From the NCBI RefSeq assembly GCF_003334815.1, contig NZ_QOWO01000014.1: a stretch of DNA of 64,000 bases. One strand, written 5' to 3'. Positions 12,565-24,036 of this stretch are shown here, piece after piece (positions within the stretch are counted from its first letter, which is position 1; each line of letters starts with the position of its first letter). This DNA comes from Escherichia coli (GTDB taxonomy: Bacteria; Pseudomonadota; Gammaproteobacteria; Enterobacterales; Enterobacteriaceae). A program made the position numbers and the translations under genes. A model generated the notes under the pieces. That model saw only the letters and a list, made by a program, of their open reading frames with translations, was not told where the DNA came from and searched no databases.

Positions 12565-13713
12565 TTACCAGGCGGTATGGTAAAGCTCTACAATATCCTC
12601 AAGCGTTGCTTCACGCGGGTTGCCACCGGTACAAACATCATCCAGTGCCGCCTGCGCCAGTGCCGGAATGTCTTCCTTGCGTACACCAACATCACGCAAA
12701 TGTGGCGGAATACCGACATCACGGTTGAGAGCAAACACCGCTTCAACAGCGGCATTACGCGCCTCTTCCAGGCTCATACCTTCCACTTTCACGCCCATAA
12801 CGCGCGCGATATCGCGGTACTTCTCACCGGTAAAGTCAGCGTTATAACGCATGACATGCGGTAACAGGATGGCGTTCGCAACACCGTGTGGAGTGTTATA
12901 AAACGCGCCCAGTGGATGCGCCATACCATGCACCAACCCTAACCCAACATTCGAGAAGCCCATACCCGCAACATACTGCCCGAGCGCCATTTCTTCTCCG
13001 GCATCCTTATCACCAGCAACCGATCCTCGCAGCGCCCCAGCAATGATTTCAATCGCTTTAATGTGCAGTGCATCGGTTAGCGCCCACGCGCCACGGGTAA
13101 TATACCCCTCAATAGCATGAGTGAGCGCATCGACACCCGTCGCAGCTTTCAGCGCTGGAGGCATACCATCCATCATGTCAGCGTCAATAAACGCCACCTG
13201 CGGGATATCATGCGGATCAACGCAAACAAACTTGCGCCGTTTCTCTTCGTCAGTGATCACGTAGTTAATGGTCACTTCTGCCGCAGTACCTGCTGTGGTA
13301 GGAATTGCCAGAATCGGTACACTGGGTTTATTGGTCGGGGAAAGCCCTTCCAGGCTACGCACATCGGCAAACTCCGGGTTGTTGCTGATAATGCCAATCG
13401 CTTTACAAGTATCCTGTGGAGAACCACCACCAATAGCGATCAGGTAATCCGCGCCGCTATTCTGGAATACACCGAGCCCTTCTTTGACGACAGTAATTGT
13501 TGGGTTGGGCACTACGCCGTCGTAAATCGCCCATGCCAGCCCTGCAGCATCCATCTTATCGGTCACTTTCGCCACCACGCCGCATTGCACCAGCGTTTTA
13601 TCGGTGACGATCAGCGCCTTCTGATAACCACGGCGTTTCACCTCATCGGTTAAAGCCCCAACAGCACCCCGACCAAACCATGCCGTTTCGTTCAGAATCA
13701 TTCTGTTAGCCAT
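12565..13713 (-). CDS. fucO: L-1,2-propanediol oxidoreductase (lactaldehyde reductase, Fe-ADH)
   Basis: MANRMILNETAWFGRG...; Fe-alcohol dehydrogenase motifs; second ATG chosen for better SD spacing. Confidence 0.9.
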   Translation of the reverse strand: MANRMILNETAWFGRGAVGALTDEVKRRGYQKALIVTDKTLVQCGVVAKVTDKMDAAGLAWAIYDGVVPNPTITVVKEGLGVFQNSGADYLIAIGGGSPQDTCKAIGIISNNPEFADVRSLEGLSPTNKPSVPILAIPTTAGTAAEVTINYVITDEEKRRKFVCVDPHDIPQVAFIDADMMDGMPPALKAATGVDALTHAIEGYITRGAWALTDALHIKAIEIIAGALRGSVAGDKDAGEEMALGQYVAGMGFSNVGLGLVHGMAHPLGAFYNTPHGVANAILLPHVMRYNADFTGEKYRDIARVMGVKVEGMSLEEARNAAVEAVFALNRDVGIPPHLRDVGVRKEDIPALAQAALDDVCTGGNPREATLEDIVELYHTAW

Positions 13714-13740
13714 CATCCTTCTCCTTGTTGCTTTACGAAA

Positions 13741-14388
13741 TTACTCTTCAATTCGTAACCCATAGGTTTTGAATTTCTCCAGCACTACGGCAATCTCTTC
13801 ATCGCTCAGCACTGGCACCGGGTCCGTAATCGCCAGGGTCGTCAGGTAAAGTTGCGCCAGCACTTCAACTTCATGCGCCAGCCATAACGCTTTTTCCAGA
13901 TTCACCTCACAAGCGATAAGCCCATGATGTTGTAACAAAGTTGCCTTACGATTTTTGAGAGCCAGCGCAACATGTTCAGAAAGTTCGCGTGTTCCAAAGG
14001 TCGCATAAGGCGCGCAAGGAATAGAATTACCGCCAGCCGCCGCAATCATGTAGTGAATAGCGGGGATCGATCGGTTAAGAATGGAAACTGCCGTGCAATG
14101 AACGGCATGATTGTGAACAACCGCGTTGGCATCCGGTCTGCTTTGATAGGCTGCCATATGGAAACGCCATTCGCTTGAGGGGAGCTTTCCTTCCTCATGT
14201 TTACCGTTGCCATCAATAAAGACAATATGCGACTCCGTCAGTTTTTCATATGGAATGCCTGTAGGCGTAATCAGCATCCCATCCTGATAACGTACACTGA
14301 CGTTCCCCGCTGTCCCCTGGTTCAGTCCCAGGCGGGTCATTTCCAGGCAAGTGTCAATAATCTGACGAGCAAGTTTATTTCGTTCCAT
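13741..14388 (-). CDS. fucA: L-fuculose-1-phosphate aldolase (class II)
   Basis: 215-aa ORF MERNKLARQIIDTCLEMTRLGLNQGTAGNVSVRY... Confidence 0.92.
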   Translation of the reverse strand: MERNKLARQIIDTCLEMTRLGLNQGTAGNVSVRYQDGMLITPTGIPYEKLTESHIVFIDGNGKHEEGKLPSSEWRFHMAAYQSRPDANAVVHNHAVHCTAVSILNRSIPAIHYMIAAAGGNSIPCAPYATFGTRELSEHVALALKNRKATLLQHHGLIACEVNLEKALWLAHEVEVLAQLYLTTLAITDPVPVLSDEEIAVVLEKFKTYGLRIEE

Positions 14389-14726
14389 TAGCTACCTCTC
14401 TCTGATTCAAAACAGGGCAATAATGTTGTTCCTTTCACACTATTGAATTAGCCGTTTAATTACCCACCATCTTCTTCCTGATTAACAAGAAAGAAATTCA
14501 CAAGCTTATATTTTGTGACCTGGTTCAACTAATCACAGTAAATAACTGCAAGTTCTCTTTTTATAACCCCATTAAAAATGACCGCTCTTAAAAATATTTA
14601 TCAAAACGGTCATTTTTCTATTCCTCCAAGCCCGGAATGACCGTTTTCGGCACAAACAATTAATACGGTCATCTGATTTGTGTTTTTTATGATTTATTTT
14701 CTGAAACGGGCATGAAATTTCGATTA

Positions 14727-14748
14727 TTAAAGTGATGGTAGTCACATA
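14727..14748. promoter_or_regulatory. CRP-like site aGTGA-N6-TCACA in the fucA/fucP divergent control region
   Basis: Sequence ttaaAGTGATggtagTCACATaaa, one mismatch from TGTGA-N6-TCACA core. Confidence 0.45.
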
Positions 14749-14934
14749 AAGTCACCTTCTAGCTAATAAGTGTGACCGCCGTCATATTACAGAGCGTTTT
14801 TTATTTGAAAATGAATCCATGAGTTCATTTCAGACAGGCAAATATTCACTGATATGAAGCCCGAACTCGCTGGTTTTGCACTTTTGAAAACATAACCGAT
14901 TACGTGCTTAAGCTTCTGAACCTAAGAGGATGCT

Positions 14935-16251
14935 ATGGGAAACACATCAATACAAACGCAGAGTTACCGTGCGGTAGATAAAGATGCAGGGCAAAGCAGA
15001 AGTTACATTATTCCATTCGCGCTGCTGTGCTCACTGTTTTTTCTTTGGGCGGTAGCCAATAACCTTAACGACATTTTATTACCTCAATTCCAGCAGGCTT
15101 TTACGCTGACAAATTTCCAGGCTGGCCTGATCCAATCGGCCTTTTACTTTGGTTATTTCATTATCCCAATCCCTGCTGGGATATTGATGAAAAAACTCAG
15201 TTATAAAGCAGGGATTATTACCGGGTTATTTTTATATGCCTTGGGTGCTGCATTATTCTGGCCCGCCGCAGAAATAATGAACTACACCTTATTTTTAGTT
15301 GGCCTATTTATTATTGCAGCCGGATTAGGTTGTCTGGAAACTGCCGCAAACCCTTTTGTTACGGTATTAGGGCCGGAAAGTAGTGGTCACTTCCGCTTAA
15401 ATCTTGCGCAAACATTTAACTCGTTTGGCGCAATTATCGCGGTTGTCTTTGGGCAAAGTCTTATTTTGTCTAACGTGCCACATCAATCGCAAGACGTTCT
15501 CGATAAAATGTCTCCAGAGCAATTGAGTGCGTATAAACACAGCCTGGTATTATCGGTACAGACACCTTATATGATCATCGTGGCTATCGTGTTACTGGTC
15601 GCCCTGCTGATCATGCTGACGAAATTCCCGGCATTGCAGAGTGATAATCACAGTGACGCCAAACAAGGATCGTTCTCCGCATCGCTTTCTCGCCTGGCGC
15701 GTATTCGCCACTGGCGCTGGGCGGTATTAGCGCAATTCTGCTATGTCGGCGCACAAACGGCCTGCTGGAGCTATTTGATTCGCTACGCTGTAGAAGAAAT
15801 TCCAGGTATGACTGCAGGCTTTGCCGCTAACTATTTAACCGGAACCATGGTGTGCTTCTTTATTGGTCGTTTCACCGGTACCTGGCTCATCAGTCGCTTC
15901 GCACCACACAAAGTCCTGGCCGCCTACGCATTAATCGCTATGGCACTGTGCCTGATCTCAGCCTTCGCTGGCGGTCATGTGGGCTTAATAGCCCTGACTT
16001 TATGCAGCGCCTTTATGTCGATTCAGTACCCAACAATCTTCTCGCTGGGCATTAAGAATCTCGGCCAGGACACCAAATATGGTTCGTCCTTCATCGTTAT
16101 GACCATTATTGGCGGCGGTATTGTCACTCCGGTCATGGGTTTTGTCAGTGACGCGGCGGGCAACATCCCCACTGCTGAACTGATCCCCGCACTCTGCTTC
16201 GCGGTCATCTTTATCTTTGCCCGTTTCCGTTCTCAAACGGCAACTAACTGA
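14935..16251 (+). CDS. fucP: L-fucose:H+ symporter (MFS)
   Basis: 438-aa ORF MGNTSIQTQSYRAVDKDAGQSRSYIIPFALLCSLFFLWAVANNLNDILLPQF... Confidence 0.92.
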   Translation: MGNTSIQTQSYRAVDKDAGQSRSYIIPFALLCSLFFLWAVANNLNDILLPQFQQAFTLTNFQAGLIQSAFYFGYFIIPIPAGILMKKLSYKAGIITGLFLYALGAALFWPAAEIMNYTLFLVGLFIIAAGLGCLETAANPFVTVLGPESSGHFRLNLAQTFNSFGAIIAVVFGQSLILSNVPHQSQDVLDKMSPEQLSAYKHSLVLSVQTPYMIIVAIVLLVALLIMLTKFPALQSDNHSDAKQGSFSASLSRLARIRHWRWAVLAQFCYVGAQTACWSYLIRYAVEEIPGMTAGFAANYLTGTMVCFFIGRFTGTWLISRFAPHKVLAAYALIAMALCLISAFAGGHVGLIALTLCSAFMSIQYPTIFSLGIKNLGQDTKYGSSFIVMTIIGGGIVTPVMGFVSDAAGNIPTAELIPALCFAVIFIFARFRSQTATN

Positions 16252-16283
16252 ACATATTTTCCGAATAAAGTGAGGAATCTGTA

Positions 16284-18059
16284 ATGAAAAAAATCAGCTT
16301 ACCGAAAATTGGTATCCGCCCGGTTATTGACGGTCGTCGCATGGGTGTTCGTGAGTCGCTTGAAGAACAAACAATGAATATGGCGAAAGCTACGGCCGCA
16401 CTGCTGACCGAGAAACTGCGCCATGCCTGCGGAGCTGCCGTCGAGTGTGTCATTTCCGATACCTGTATCGCGGGTATGGCTGAAGCCGCTGCTTGCGAAG
16501 AAAAATTCAGCAGTCAGAATGTAGGCCTCACCATTACGGTAACGCCTTGCTGGTGCTATGGCAGTGAAACCATCGACATGGATCCAACCCGCCCGAAGGC
16601 CATTTGGGGCTTTAACGGCACTGAACGCCCCGGCGCTGTTTACCTGGCAGCGGCTCTGGCAGCTCACAGCCAGAAAGGCATCCCAGCATTCTCCATTTAC
16701 GGTCATGACGTTCAGGATGCCGATGACACATCGATTCCTGCCGATGTTGAAGAAAAACTGCTGCGCTTTGCCCGCGCCGGTTTGGCCGTCGCCAGCATGA
16801 AAGGTAAAAGCTATCTGTCGCTGGGCGGCGTTTCGATGGGTATCGCCGGTTCCATTGTTGATCACAACTTCTTTGAATCCTGGCTGGGAATGAAAGTCCA
16901 GGCGGTGGATATGACCGAACTGCGTCGCCGTATCGATCAGAAGATTTACGACGAAGCCGAATTGGAAATGGCACTGGCCTGGGCTGATAAAAACTTCCGC
17001 TATGGCGAAGATGAAAATAACAAACAGTATCAACGTAATGCCGAGCAAAGCCGCGCAGTTCTGCGCGAAAGTTTACTGATGGCGATGTGTATCCGCGACA
17101 TGATGCAAGGCAACAGCAAACTGGCCGATATTGGTCGCGTGGAAGAATCACTTGGCTACAACGCCATCGCTGCGGGCTTCCAGGGGCAACGTCACTGGAC
17201 CGATCAATATCCCAATGGTGACACCGCCGAAGCGATCCTCAACAGTTCATTTGACTGGAATGGCGTGCGCGAACCCTTTGTCGTGGCGACCGAAAACGAC
17301 AGTCTTAACGGCGTGGCAATGCTAATGGGTCACCAGCTCACCGGCACCGCTCAGGTATTTGCCGATGTGCGTACCTACTGGTCACCAGAAGCAATTGAGC
17401 GTGTAACGGGGCATAAACTGGATGGACTGGCAGAACACGGCATCATCCATTTGATCAACTCCGGTTCTGCTGCGCTGGACGGTTCCTGTAAACAACGCGA
17501 CAGCGAAGGTAACCCGACGATGAAGCCACACTGGGAAATCTCTCAGCAAGAGGCTGACGCTTGCCTCGCCGCTACCGAATGGTGCCCGGCGATCCACGAA
17601 TACTTCCGTGGCGGCGGTTACTCTTCCCGCTTCCTTACCGAAGGCGGCGTCCCGTTCACCATGACTCGTGTCAACATCATCAAAGGCCTGGGACCGGTAC
17701 TGCAAATCGCGGAAGGCTGGAGCGTGGAATTGCCGAAGGATGTGCATGACATCCTCAACAAACGCACCAACTCAACCTGGCCAACCACCTGGTTTGCACC
17801 GCGCCTCACCGGTAAAGGGCCGTTTACGGATGTGTACTCGGTAATGGCGAACTGGGGCGCTAACCATGGGGTTCTGACCATCGGCCACGTTGGCGCAGAC
17901 TTTATCACTCTCGCCTCCATGCTGCGTATCCCGGTATGTATGCACAACGTTGAAGAGACCAAAGTGTATCGTCCTTCTGCCTGGGCTGCGCACGGCATGG
18001 ATATTGAAGGCCAGGATTACCGCGCTTGCCAGAACTACGGTCCGTTGTACAAGCGTTAA
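16284..18059 (+). CDS. fucI: L-fucose isomerase
   Basis: 591-aa [39 protein letters not shown]... Confidence 0.92.
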   Translation: MKKISLPKIGIRPVIDGRRMGVRESLEEQTMNMAKATAALLTEKLRHACGAAVECVISDTCIAGMAEAAACEEKFSSQNVGLTITVTPCWCYGSETIDMDPTRPKAIWGFNGTERPGAVYLAAALAAHSQKGIPAFSIYGHDVQDADDTSIPADVEEKLLRFARAGLAVASMKGKSYLSLGGVSMGIAGSIVDHNFFESWLGMKVQAVDMTELRRRIDQKIYDEAELEMALAWADKNFRYGEDENNKQYQRNAEQSRAVLRESLLMAMCIRDMMQGNSKLADIGRVEESLGYNAIAAGFQGQRHWTDQYPNGDTAEAILNSSFDWNGVREPFVVATENDSLNGVAMLMGHQLTGTAQVFADVRTYWSPEAIERVTGHKLDGLAEHGIIHLINSGSAALDGSCKQRDSEGNPTMKPHWEISQQEADACLAATEWCPAIHEYFRGGGYSSRFLTEGGVPFTMTRVNIIKGLGPVLQIAEGWSVELPKDVHDILNKRTNSTWPTTWFAPRLTGKGPFTDVYSVMANWGANHGVLTIGHVGADFITLASMLRIPVCMHNVEETKVYRPSAWAAHGMDIEGQDYRACQNYGPLYKR

Positions 18060-18167
18060 TACATTACTCCCTGATGTGATGCCCGGTCGCTCCGGCTACC
18101 GGGCCTGAACAAGCAAGAGTGGTTAGCCGGATAAGCAATGTTATCCGGCTATATTGCAGGAGCGATT

Positions 18168-19586
18168 ATGAAACAAGAAGTTATCCTGGTACTCGACTGT
18201 GGCGCGACCAATGTCAGGGCCATCGCGGTTAATCGGCAGGGCAAAATTGTTGCCCGCGCCTCAACGCCTAATGCCAGCGATATCGCGATGGAAAACAACA
18301 CCTGGCACCAGTGGTCTTTAGACGCCATTTTGCAACGCTTTGCTGATTGCTGTCGGCAAATCAATAGTGAACTGACTGAATGCCACATCCGCGGTATCGC
18401 CGTCACCACCTTTGGTGTGGATGGCGCTCTGGTAGATAAGCAAGGCAATCTGCTCTATCCGATTATTAGCTGGAAATGTCCGCGAACAGCAGCGGTTATG
18501 GACAATATTGAACGGTTAATCTCCGCACAGCGGTTGCAGGCTATTTCTGGCGTCGGAGCCTTTAGTTTCAATACGTTATATAAGTTGGTGTGGTTGAAAG
18601 AAAATCATCCACAACTGCTGGAACGCGCGCACGCCTGGCTCTTTATTTCGTCGCTGATTAACCACCGTTTAACCGGCGAATTCACTACTGATATCACGAT
18701 GGCCGGAACCAGCCAGATGCTGGATATCCAGCAACGCGATTTCAGTCCGCAAATTTTACAAGCCACCGGTATTCCACGCCGACTCTTCCCTCGTCTGGTG
18801 GAAGCGGGTGAACAGATTGGTACGCTACAGAACAGCGCCGCAGCAATGCTCGGCTTACCCGTTGGCATACCGGTGATTTCCGCAGGTCACGATACCCAGT
18901 TCGCCCTTTTTGGCGCTGGTGCTGAACAAAATGAACCCGTGCTCTCTTCCGGTACATGGGAAATTTTAATGGTTCGCAGCGCCCAGGTTGATACTTCGCT
19001 GTTAAGTCAGTACGCCGGTTCCACCTGCGAACTGGATAGCCAGGCAGGGTTGTATAACCCAGGTATGCAATGGCTGGCATCCGGCGTGCTGGAATGGGTG
19101 AGAAAACTGTTCTGGACGGCTGAAACACCCTGGCAAATGTTGATTGAAGAAGCTCGTCTGATCGCGCCTGGCGCGGATGGCGTAAAAATGCAGTGTGATT
19201 TATTGTCGTGTCAGAACGCTGGCTGGCAAGGAGTGACGCTTAATACCACGCGGGGGCATTTCTATCGCGCGGCGCTGGAAGGGTTAACTGCGCAATTACA
19301 GCGCAATCTACAGATGCTGGAAAAAATCGGGCACTTTAAGGCCTCTGAATTATTGTTAGTCGGTGGAGGAAGTCGCAACACATTGTGGAATCAGATTAAA
19401 GCCAATATGCTTGATATTCCGGTAAAAGTTCTCGACGACGCCGAAACGACCGTCGCAGGAGCTGCGCTGTTCGGTTGGTATGGCGTAGGGGAATTTAACA
19501 GCCCGGAAGAAGCCCGCGCACAGATTCATTATCAGTACCGTTATTTCTACCCGCAAACTGAACCTGAATTTATAGAGGAAGTGTGA
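18168..19586 (+). CDS. fucK: L-fuculokinase (FGGY family)
   Basis: ORF track starts at 18138, but that ATG lies inside an intercistronic hairpin; ATG 18168 has a CAGGAG SD and gives [19 protein letters not shown]... Confidence 0.88.
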
Positions 19587-19587
19587 A

Positions 19588-20010
19588 ATGCTGAAAACAA
19601 TTTCGCCGTTAATTTCTCCCGAACTATTGAAAGTGCTGGCAGAGATGGGACATGGAGATGAAATTATTTTTTCCGATGCTCACTTTCCCGCCCATTCGAT
19701 GGGACCGCAGGTGATCCGCGCTGATGGCCTGTTGGTGAGCGACTTGCTCCAGGCGATTATCCCGTTATTTGAACTGGACAGTTATGCACCGCCGCTGGTG
19801 ATGATGGCGGCGGTAGAAGGTGACACTCTCGATCCTGAAGTAGAACGACGTTACCGTAATGCGCTTTCACTACAAGCCCCGTGTCCTGACATCATCCGCA
19901 TCAATCGTTTTGCGTTTTATGAACGGGCGCAAAAAGCCTTTGCGATCGTTATCACAGGCGAACGAGCGAAGTACGGGAATATTCTTTTAAAAAAAGGGGT
20001 AACACCGTAA
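19588..20010 (+). CDS. fucU: L-fucose mutarotase (RbsD/FucU family)
   Basis: 140-aa [37 protein letters not shown]... Confidence 0.9.
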
Positions 20011-20067
20011 TCTCATACCGGTACGCCCGCATGACGCGGGCGGTTATCGAATGATGGGGTGAAAAAT

Positions 20068-20799
20068 ATGAAAGCGGCACGCCAGCAAGCGATAGTCGAC
20101 CTGCTGCTGAACCATACCAGCCTGACCACGGAAGCTCTCTCTGAACAGCTAAAGGTCAGTAAAGAAACCATTCGTCGCGATCTCAATGAATTACAGACGC
20201 AGGGTAAAATTCTGCGCAATCATGGACGCGCTAAATATATCCACCGTCAAAATCAAGACAGTGGCGATCCCTTTCACATCAGGCTGAAAAGCCATTATGC
20301 GCATAAAGCAGATATCGCGCGCGAGGCGCTCGCGTGGATTGAAGAAGGGATGGTGATAGCCTTAGACGCCAGTTCAACTTGCTGGTATCTGGCACGCCAG
20401 TTGCCTGACATCAACATTCAGGTCTTCACCAATAGCCATCCGATTTGCCATGAACTCGGTAAACGCGAACGCATTCAACTGATCAGTTCCGGCGGCACAC
20501 TTGAGCGCAAATATGGCTGTTACGTCAATCCCTCGCTGATTTCCCAACTTAAATCGCTGGAAATCGATCTGTTTATTTTTTCTTGTGAAGGGATCGATAG
20601 CAGCGGCGCACTGTGGGACTCCAATGCGATCAACGCTGATTACAAATCGATGCTATTAAAACGTGCCGCGCAATCGTTGTTATTGATTGATAAAAGTAAA
20701 TTTAATCGTTCAGGGGAAGCCCGCATCGGGCATCTGGATGAGGTAACGCACATTATTTCTGATGAGCGCCAGGTTGCAACTTCTTTGGTAACAGCCTGA
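20068..20799 (+). CDS. fucR: DeoR-family transcriptional activator of the fucose regulon
   Basis: MKAARQQAIVDLLLNHTSLTTEALSEQLKVSKETIRRDLNEL... (DeoR HTH); the ORF track start at 20059 is an in-frame GTG 3 codons upstream. Confidence 0.87.
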   Translation: MKAARQQAIVDLLLNHTSLTTEALSEQLKVSKETIRRDLNELQTQGKILRNHGRAKYIHRQNQDSGDPFHIRLKSHYAHKADIAREALAWIEEGMVIALDASSTCWYLARQLPDINIQVFTNSHPICHELGKRERIQLISSGGTLERKYGCYVNPSLISQLKSLEIDLFIFSCEGIDSSGALWDSNAINADYKSMLLKRAAQSLLLIDKSKFNRSGEARIGHLDEVTHIISDERQVATSLVTA

Positions 20800-20842
20800 C
20801 GGAAAGGGTAGCAGGCCGGAGACGACGCCCCGGCCTTGCCTG

Positions 20843-21943
20843 TTATCGCTCGTCGCGACGACCACCCACCGCAGCCCAGATGCGGCGGACGTGCACCGTC
20901 ACTTCTTCGCGATCGTGATACAACTGCCGCGCCTGAATCTGAGCATTTATGCCATGTTCATCAAGCTGTGCCTGAATATACGCCAGATTGTGTGACACTT
21001 CTTCGTAGCGTTTTTTCATCGGCAGTTTGAGGTTGAAAATGGTTTCACGGCACCAGCCATTAACCAGCCACTGCGCCATCAATGCCGCAACTTTCGCCGG
21101 TTTTTCAACCATATCGCATACCATCCAGGAGATATTGCTGCGCGTCGGACGGAATTTGAAACCGTCTTCCCGCAGCCACGTCACCTGTCCGGTATCCATC
21201 AGACTTTGCGCCATCGGGCCGTTGTCGACGGAATAAACCCACATGTTGCGCTTCACCAGTTGGTAGGTCCAGCCGCCAGGGCAAGCGCCTAAATCCACCG
21301 CCCACATCCCGTTCGCCAGGCGTTCATCCCACTCATCCGCAGGAATAAACACATGAAATGCCTCTTCCAGTTTGAGCGTGGAACGACTCGGCGCATCTGC
21401 CGGAAATTTCAGGCGCGGAATGCCCATATAGAACGGCGAATTATTGTTGCTGTATGAGTAACCGGTATAGCAGCAGCCTGGTGCAATAAAGAATACATGC
21501 ACAACCGGACGCTTCGGCGTTTCATAGTTCGCCAGCACCCCGGCATCGCGCAAGGCAGCGCGTAGCGGAACAGTAAATTTACGGCAGAATTTCAGTAACT
21601 CTTTGCTTTCGTTGGTATCGGCAACTTCAACACGCAGTTCACCGCCCTTCTCTACTACGCCCTGTAACATGCCGACAATGGGGGTAATACGATCTTCTGG
21701 CGGCAAATGCTGCAGGAGTTCCCCCACCACAAACCACTGGCGGGCAAAAATTAATGAACTGAACGGCAGCTCACGGATTAACTTATCGCCATCATCAGGT
21801 TGATAACATTCATAAATGACATAACCCGCATTCTCTTTCACGCGGGCAAAACCGAAAATTTCCCGCTGGCCGGCTTTATCGGTAATTTCTGCGGCGCACT
21901 CTTTTTCAAAGCCCGGACGGCACAGCAATACAACCTTATTCAT
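20843..21943 (-). CDS. rlmM: 23S rRNA 2'-O-ribose C2498 methyltransferase
   Basis: 366-aa [28 protein letters not shown]...; THUMP-like N-terminus plus methyltransferase C-terminus. Confidence 0.88.
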
Positions 21944-22331
21944 GACTTACGCCCTTGCGCTTTAAACGGATAGCACCAACTAACATTAACGCCCAGCCCG
22001 CGAGGAAGCTCACGCCGCCAACCGGAGTGACAAACGCCCACAAACGCAGATGGGACAGCGCCAGGCAATAAAGGCTGCCGCTGAACAACACCGTGCCTAA
22101 CGCGAGGAAAACGCTACTCCAGTAAAACCAGATACTGATGCGACGCTGCATTGCCACCGCCAGACCTAAGATCGCCAGCGTATGAAACGCCTGGTATTCG
22201 AGGCCGGTCTGGATCCAGCCCATCTCAACGGCCCCCATGGTTTTACTTAACACATGCGCGCCAAAAGCGCCCAGAGCCACAAAAATGAAGCCGCTAATGG
22301 CGGCGAAAATCAGCATAAAACGGCTGGTCAT
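21936..22331 (-). CDS. ygdD: DUF423 inner-membrane protein
   Basis: 131-aa four-helix hydrophobic ORF; overlaps rlmM start by 8 nt. Confidence 0.82.
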
Positions 22332-22349
22332 GGTCGTACCCTACGTAAA

Positions 22350-23267
22350 TTATTGTTCATAACGAAAGCGGAATTTTTCTTGTTCAGCAGCGGCTTTCGC
22401 CAGGATCCATTGGCGAAAGGCGGCTATTTTACCCAGTTCTGCCTGACTGTCATGACAAACCAGATAAAAAGCATTTTTACTGACCAGAACATCATTAAAC
22501 GGGCAAACAAGACGTCCGGCCTCGATTTCAGATTGCGCCATCACGTTATTTGCCAGCGCCACTCCCTGCCCGTGGATAGCCGCTTGCAGCACCATGGCGC
22601 TATGGCTAAAAATTGGCCCTTGCTGAACGTTGATATGATTTAACCCCAACTGTCGGGTATATGTCTGCCAGTCACGGCGCGAAGCATCATGTAATAACGT
22701 ATGTTTAGCCAGATCTTCCGGTGTCTTCAAGGGTTTTTCGCCAGTCAGCAGTAGCGGCGAACACACCGGCAATAAATATTCGGCGTACAGTTTTTCCACC
22801 CGTAGCCCCGGCCAGTTGCCCCGACCATAAAATATCGCCACATCAACATCATCCGCCAGCTTATCTTCCTGACGATCAACCGCCTGGATTCGAACGTCAA
22901 TTCCCGGATAAGCTGAATTAAAGCTGGAAAGTCGCGGAACCAACCAATGAATGGCGAAACTGGGGAGTAAACTGACCGTCAACGCCCCCTTGGCGCTACG
23001 GGCCTGGAGTTTACGCGTCGCTTCGGTTAATTGCGAAAATATCTCTTTGATATCGAGGAAATAGCTTTGCCCTTCCTCGGTCAGCAGGAGTGAACGATTA
23101 CGGCGGCGGAACAGTTTTAGCCCCAAAAAATCCTCAAGAGACTTGATTTGATGACTTACTGCGGCTTGGGTCACAAAAAGCTCTTCTGCTGCGCGAGTGA
23201 AACTTAAATGGCGTGCTGCGGCATCAAAAACTCGTAAGGCATTTAGCGGTGGTAATCGTTTAGACAT
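22350..23267 (-). CDS. gcvA: LysR-family regulator of the glycine cleavage system
   Basis: 305-aa ORF MSKRLPPLNALRVFDAAARHLSFTRAAEELFVTQAAVSHQIKSLE... (LysR HTH); divergent from gcvB. Confidence 0.92.
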   Translation of the reverse strand: MSKRLPPLNALRVFDAAARHLSFTRAAEELFVTQAAVSHQIKSLEDFLGLKLFRRRNRSLLLTEEGQSYFLDIKEIFSQLTEATRKLQARSAKGALTVSLLPSFAIHWLVPRLSSFNSAYPGIDVRIQAVDRQEDKLADDVDVAIFYGRGNWPGLRVEKLYAEYLLPVCSPLLLTGEKPLKTPEDLAKHTLLHDASRRDWQTYTRQLGLNHINVQQGPIFSHSAMVLQAAIHGQGVALANNVMAQSEIEAGRLVCPFNDVLVSKNAFYLVCHDSQAELGKIAAFRQWILAKAAAEQEKFRFRYEQ

Positions 23268-23395
23268 GGCTATTAAACTTTGATGTTAAATGAATTTAAC
23301 AATTAGATCACACTATGTAACCTATTAGTTTTTTTAATCTGAGCCATTATAAATTGTCCGTTGAGCTTCTACCAGCAAATACCTATAGTGGCGGC

Positions 23396-23601
23396 ACTTC
23401 CTGAGCCGGAACGAAAAGTTTTATCGGAATGCGTGTTCTGGTGAACTTTTGGCTTACGGTTGTGATGTTGTGTTGTTGTGTTTGCAATTGGTCTGCGATT
23501 CAGACCATGGTAGCAAAGCTACCTTTTTTCACTTCCTGTACATTTACCCTGTCTGTCCATAGTGATTAATGTAGCACCGCCTAATTGCGGTGCTTTTTTT
23601 T
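23396..23601 (+). ncRNA. gcvB: GcvB small RNA; ends approximate
   Basis: Starts ACTTCCTGAGCCGGAACGAAAAG, contains the G/U-rich seed tgtgatgttgtgttgttgtgtttg (23461..23484) and ends in hairpin gcaccgcctaattgcggtgc plus T8; divergent from gcvA as in the known arrangement. Confidence 0.85.
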
Positions 23602-23617
23602 ACCTTGCGATCGCGAA

Positions 23618-23845
23618 TTACTGATCCAGTTCGACCATCTCTTTCACGTCAGTACGGTTGATCTGCTGTTTGTTGCCATTAGCGTCTTTATACGAAATCA
23701 TACCGGTATCGTTATCAGTCTGTGGTTTGCCGTCAGAGACGATGGTACGTCCGTCATTGGTGTGCATCACATAGTTCGAACCGGAACAGGCGCTCAGGGC
23801 AAAAGTCAGCATACAGGCAGAAATAATTGCGGCAGTCTTTTTCAT
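23618..23845 (-). CDS. ygdI: DUF903 small lipoprotein
   Basis: [22 protein letters not shown] lipobox signal peptide; paralogue of ygdR in this window. Confidence 0.85.
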   Translation of the reverse strand: MKKTAAIISACMLTFALSACSGSNYVMHTNDGRTIVSDGKPQTDNDTGMISYKDANGNKQQINRTDVKEMVELDQ

Positions 23846-24036
23846 CATCTTCTCCTTAAAGCGATTAATAAATCTTAATAGTATTGATTAACAGGCTAAA
23901 ATTAACGCCTAACACTATTCAGCATATGTTACTTACGCGGCTTCGCCAGGATATCCAGATAATTCTGATGGTTAGCACTCTCCTTGTATCAAAGTGAATT
24001 TTGCGTCACGATCGGTGCATCAAGCCGAGGAGTACC

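Noticed and set aside
16299-17048. 249-aa minus-strand ORF inside fucI, and similar antisense ORFs (109..708, 1529..2050, 11347..11934, 16612..17151, 17618..17998, 36840..37130, 39604..40116, 42124..42504, 54463..54885)
   Set aside because: All lie antisense within confidently identified genes and lack start-context or family signatures; treated as frame shadows
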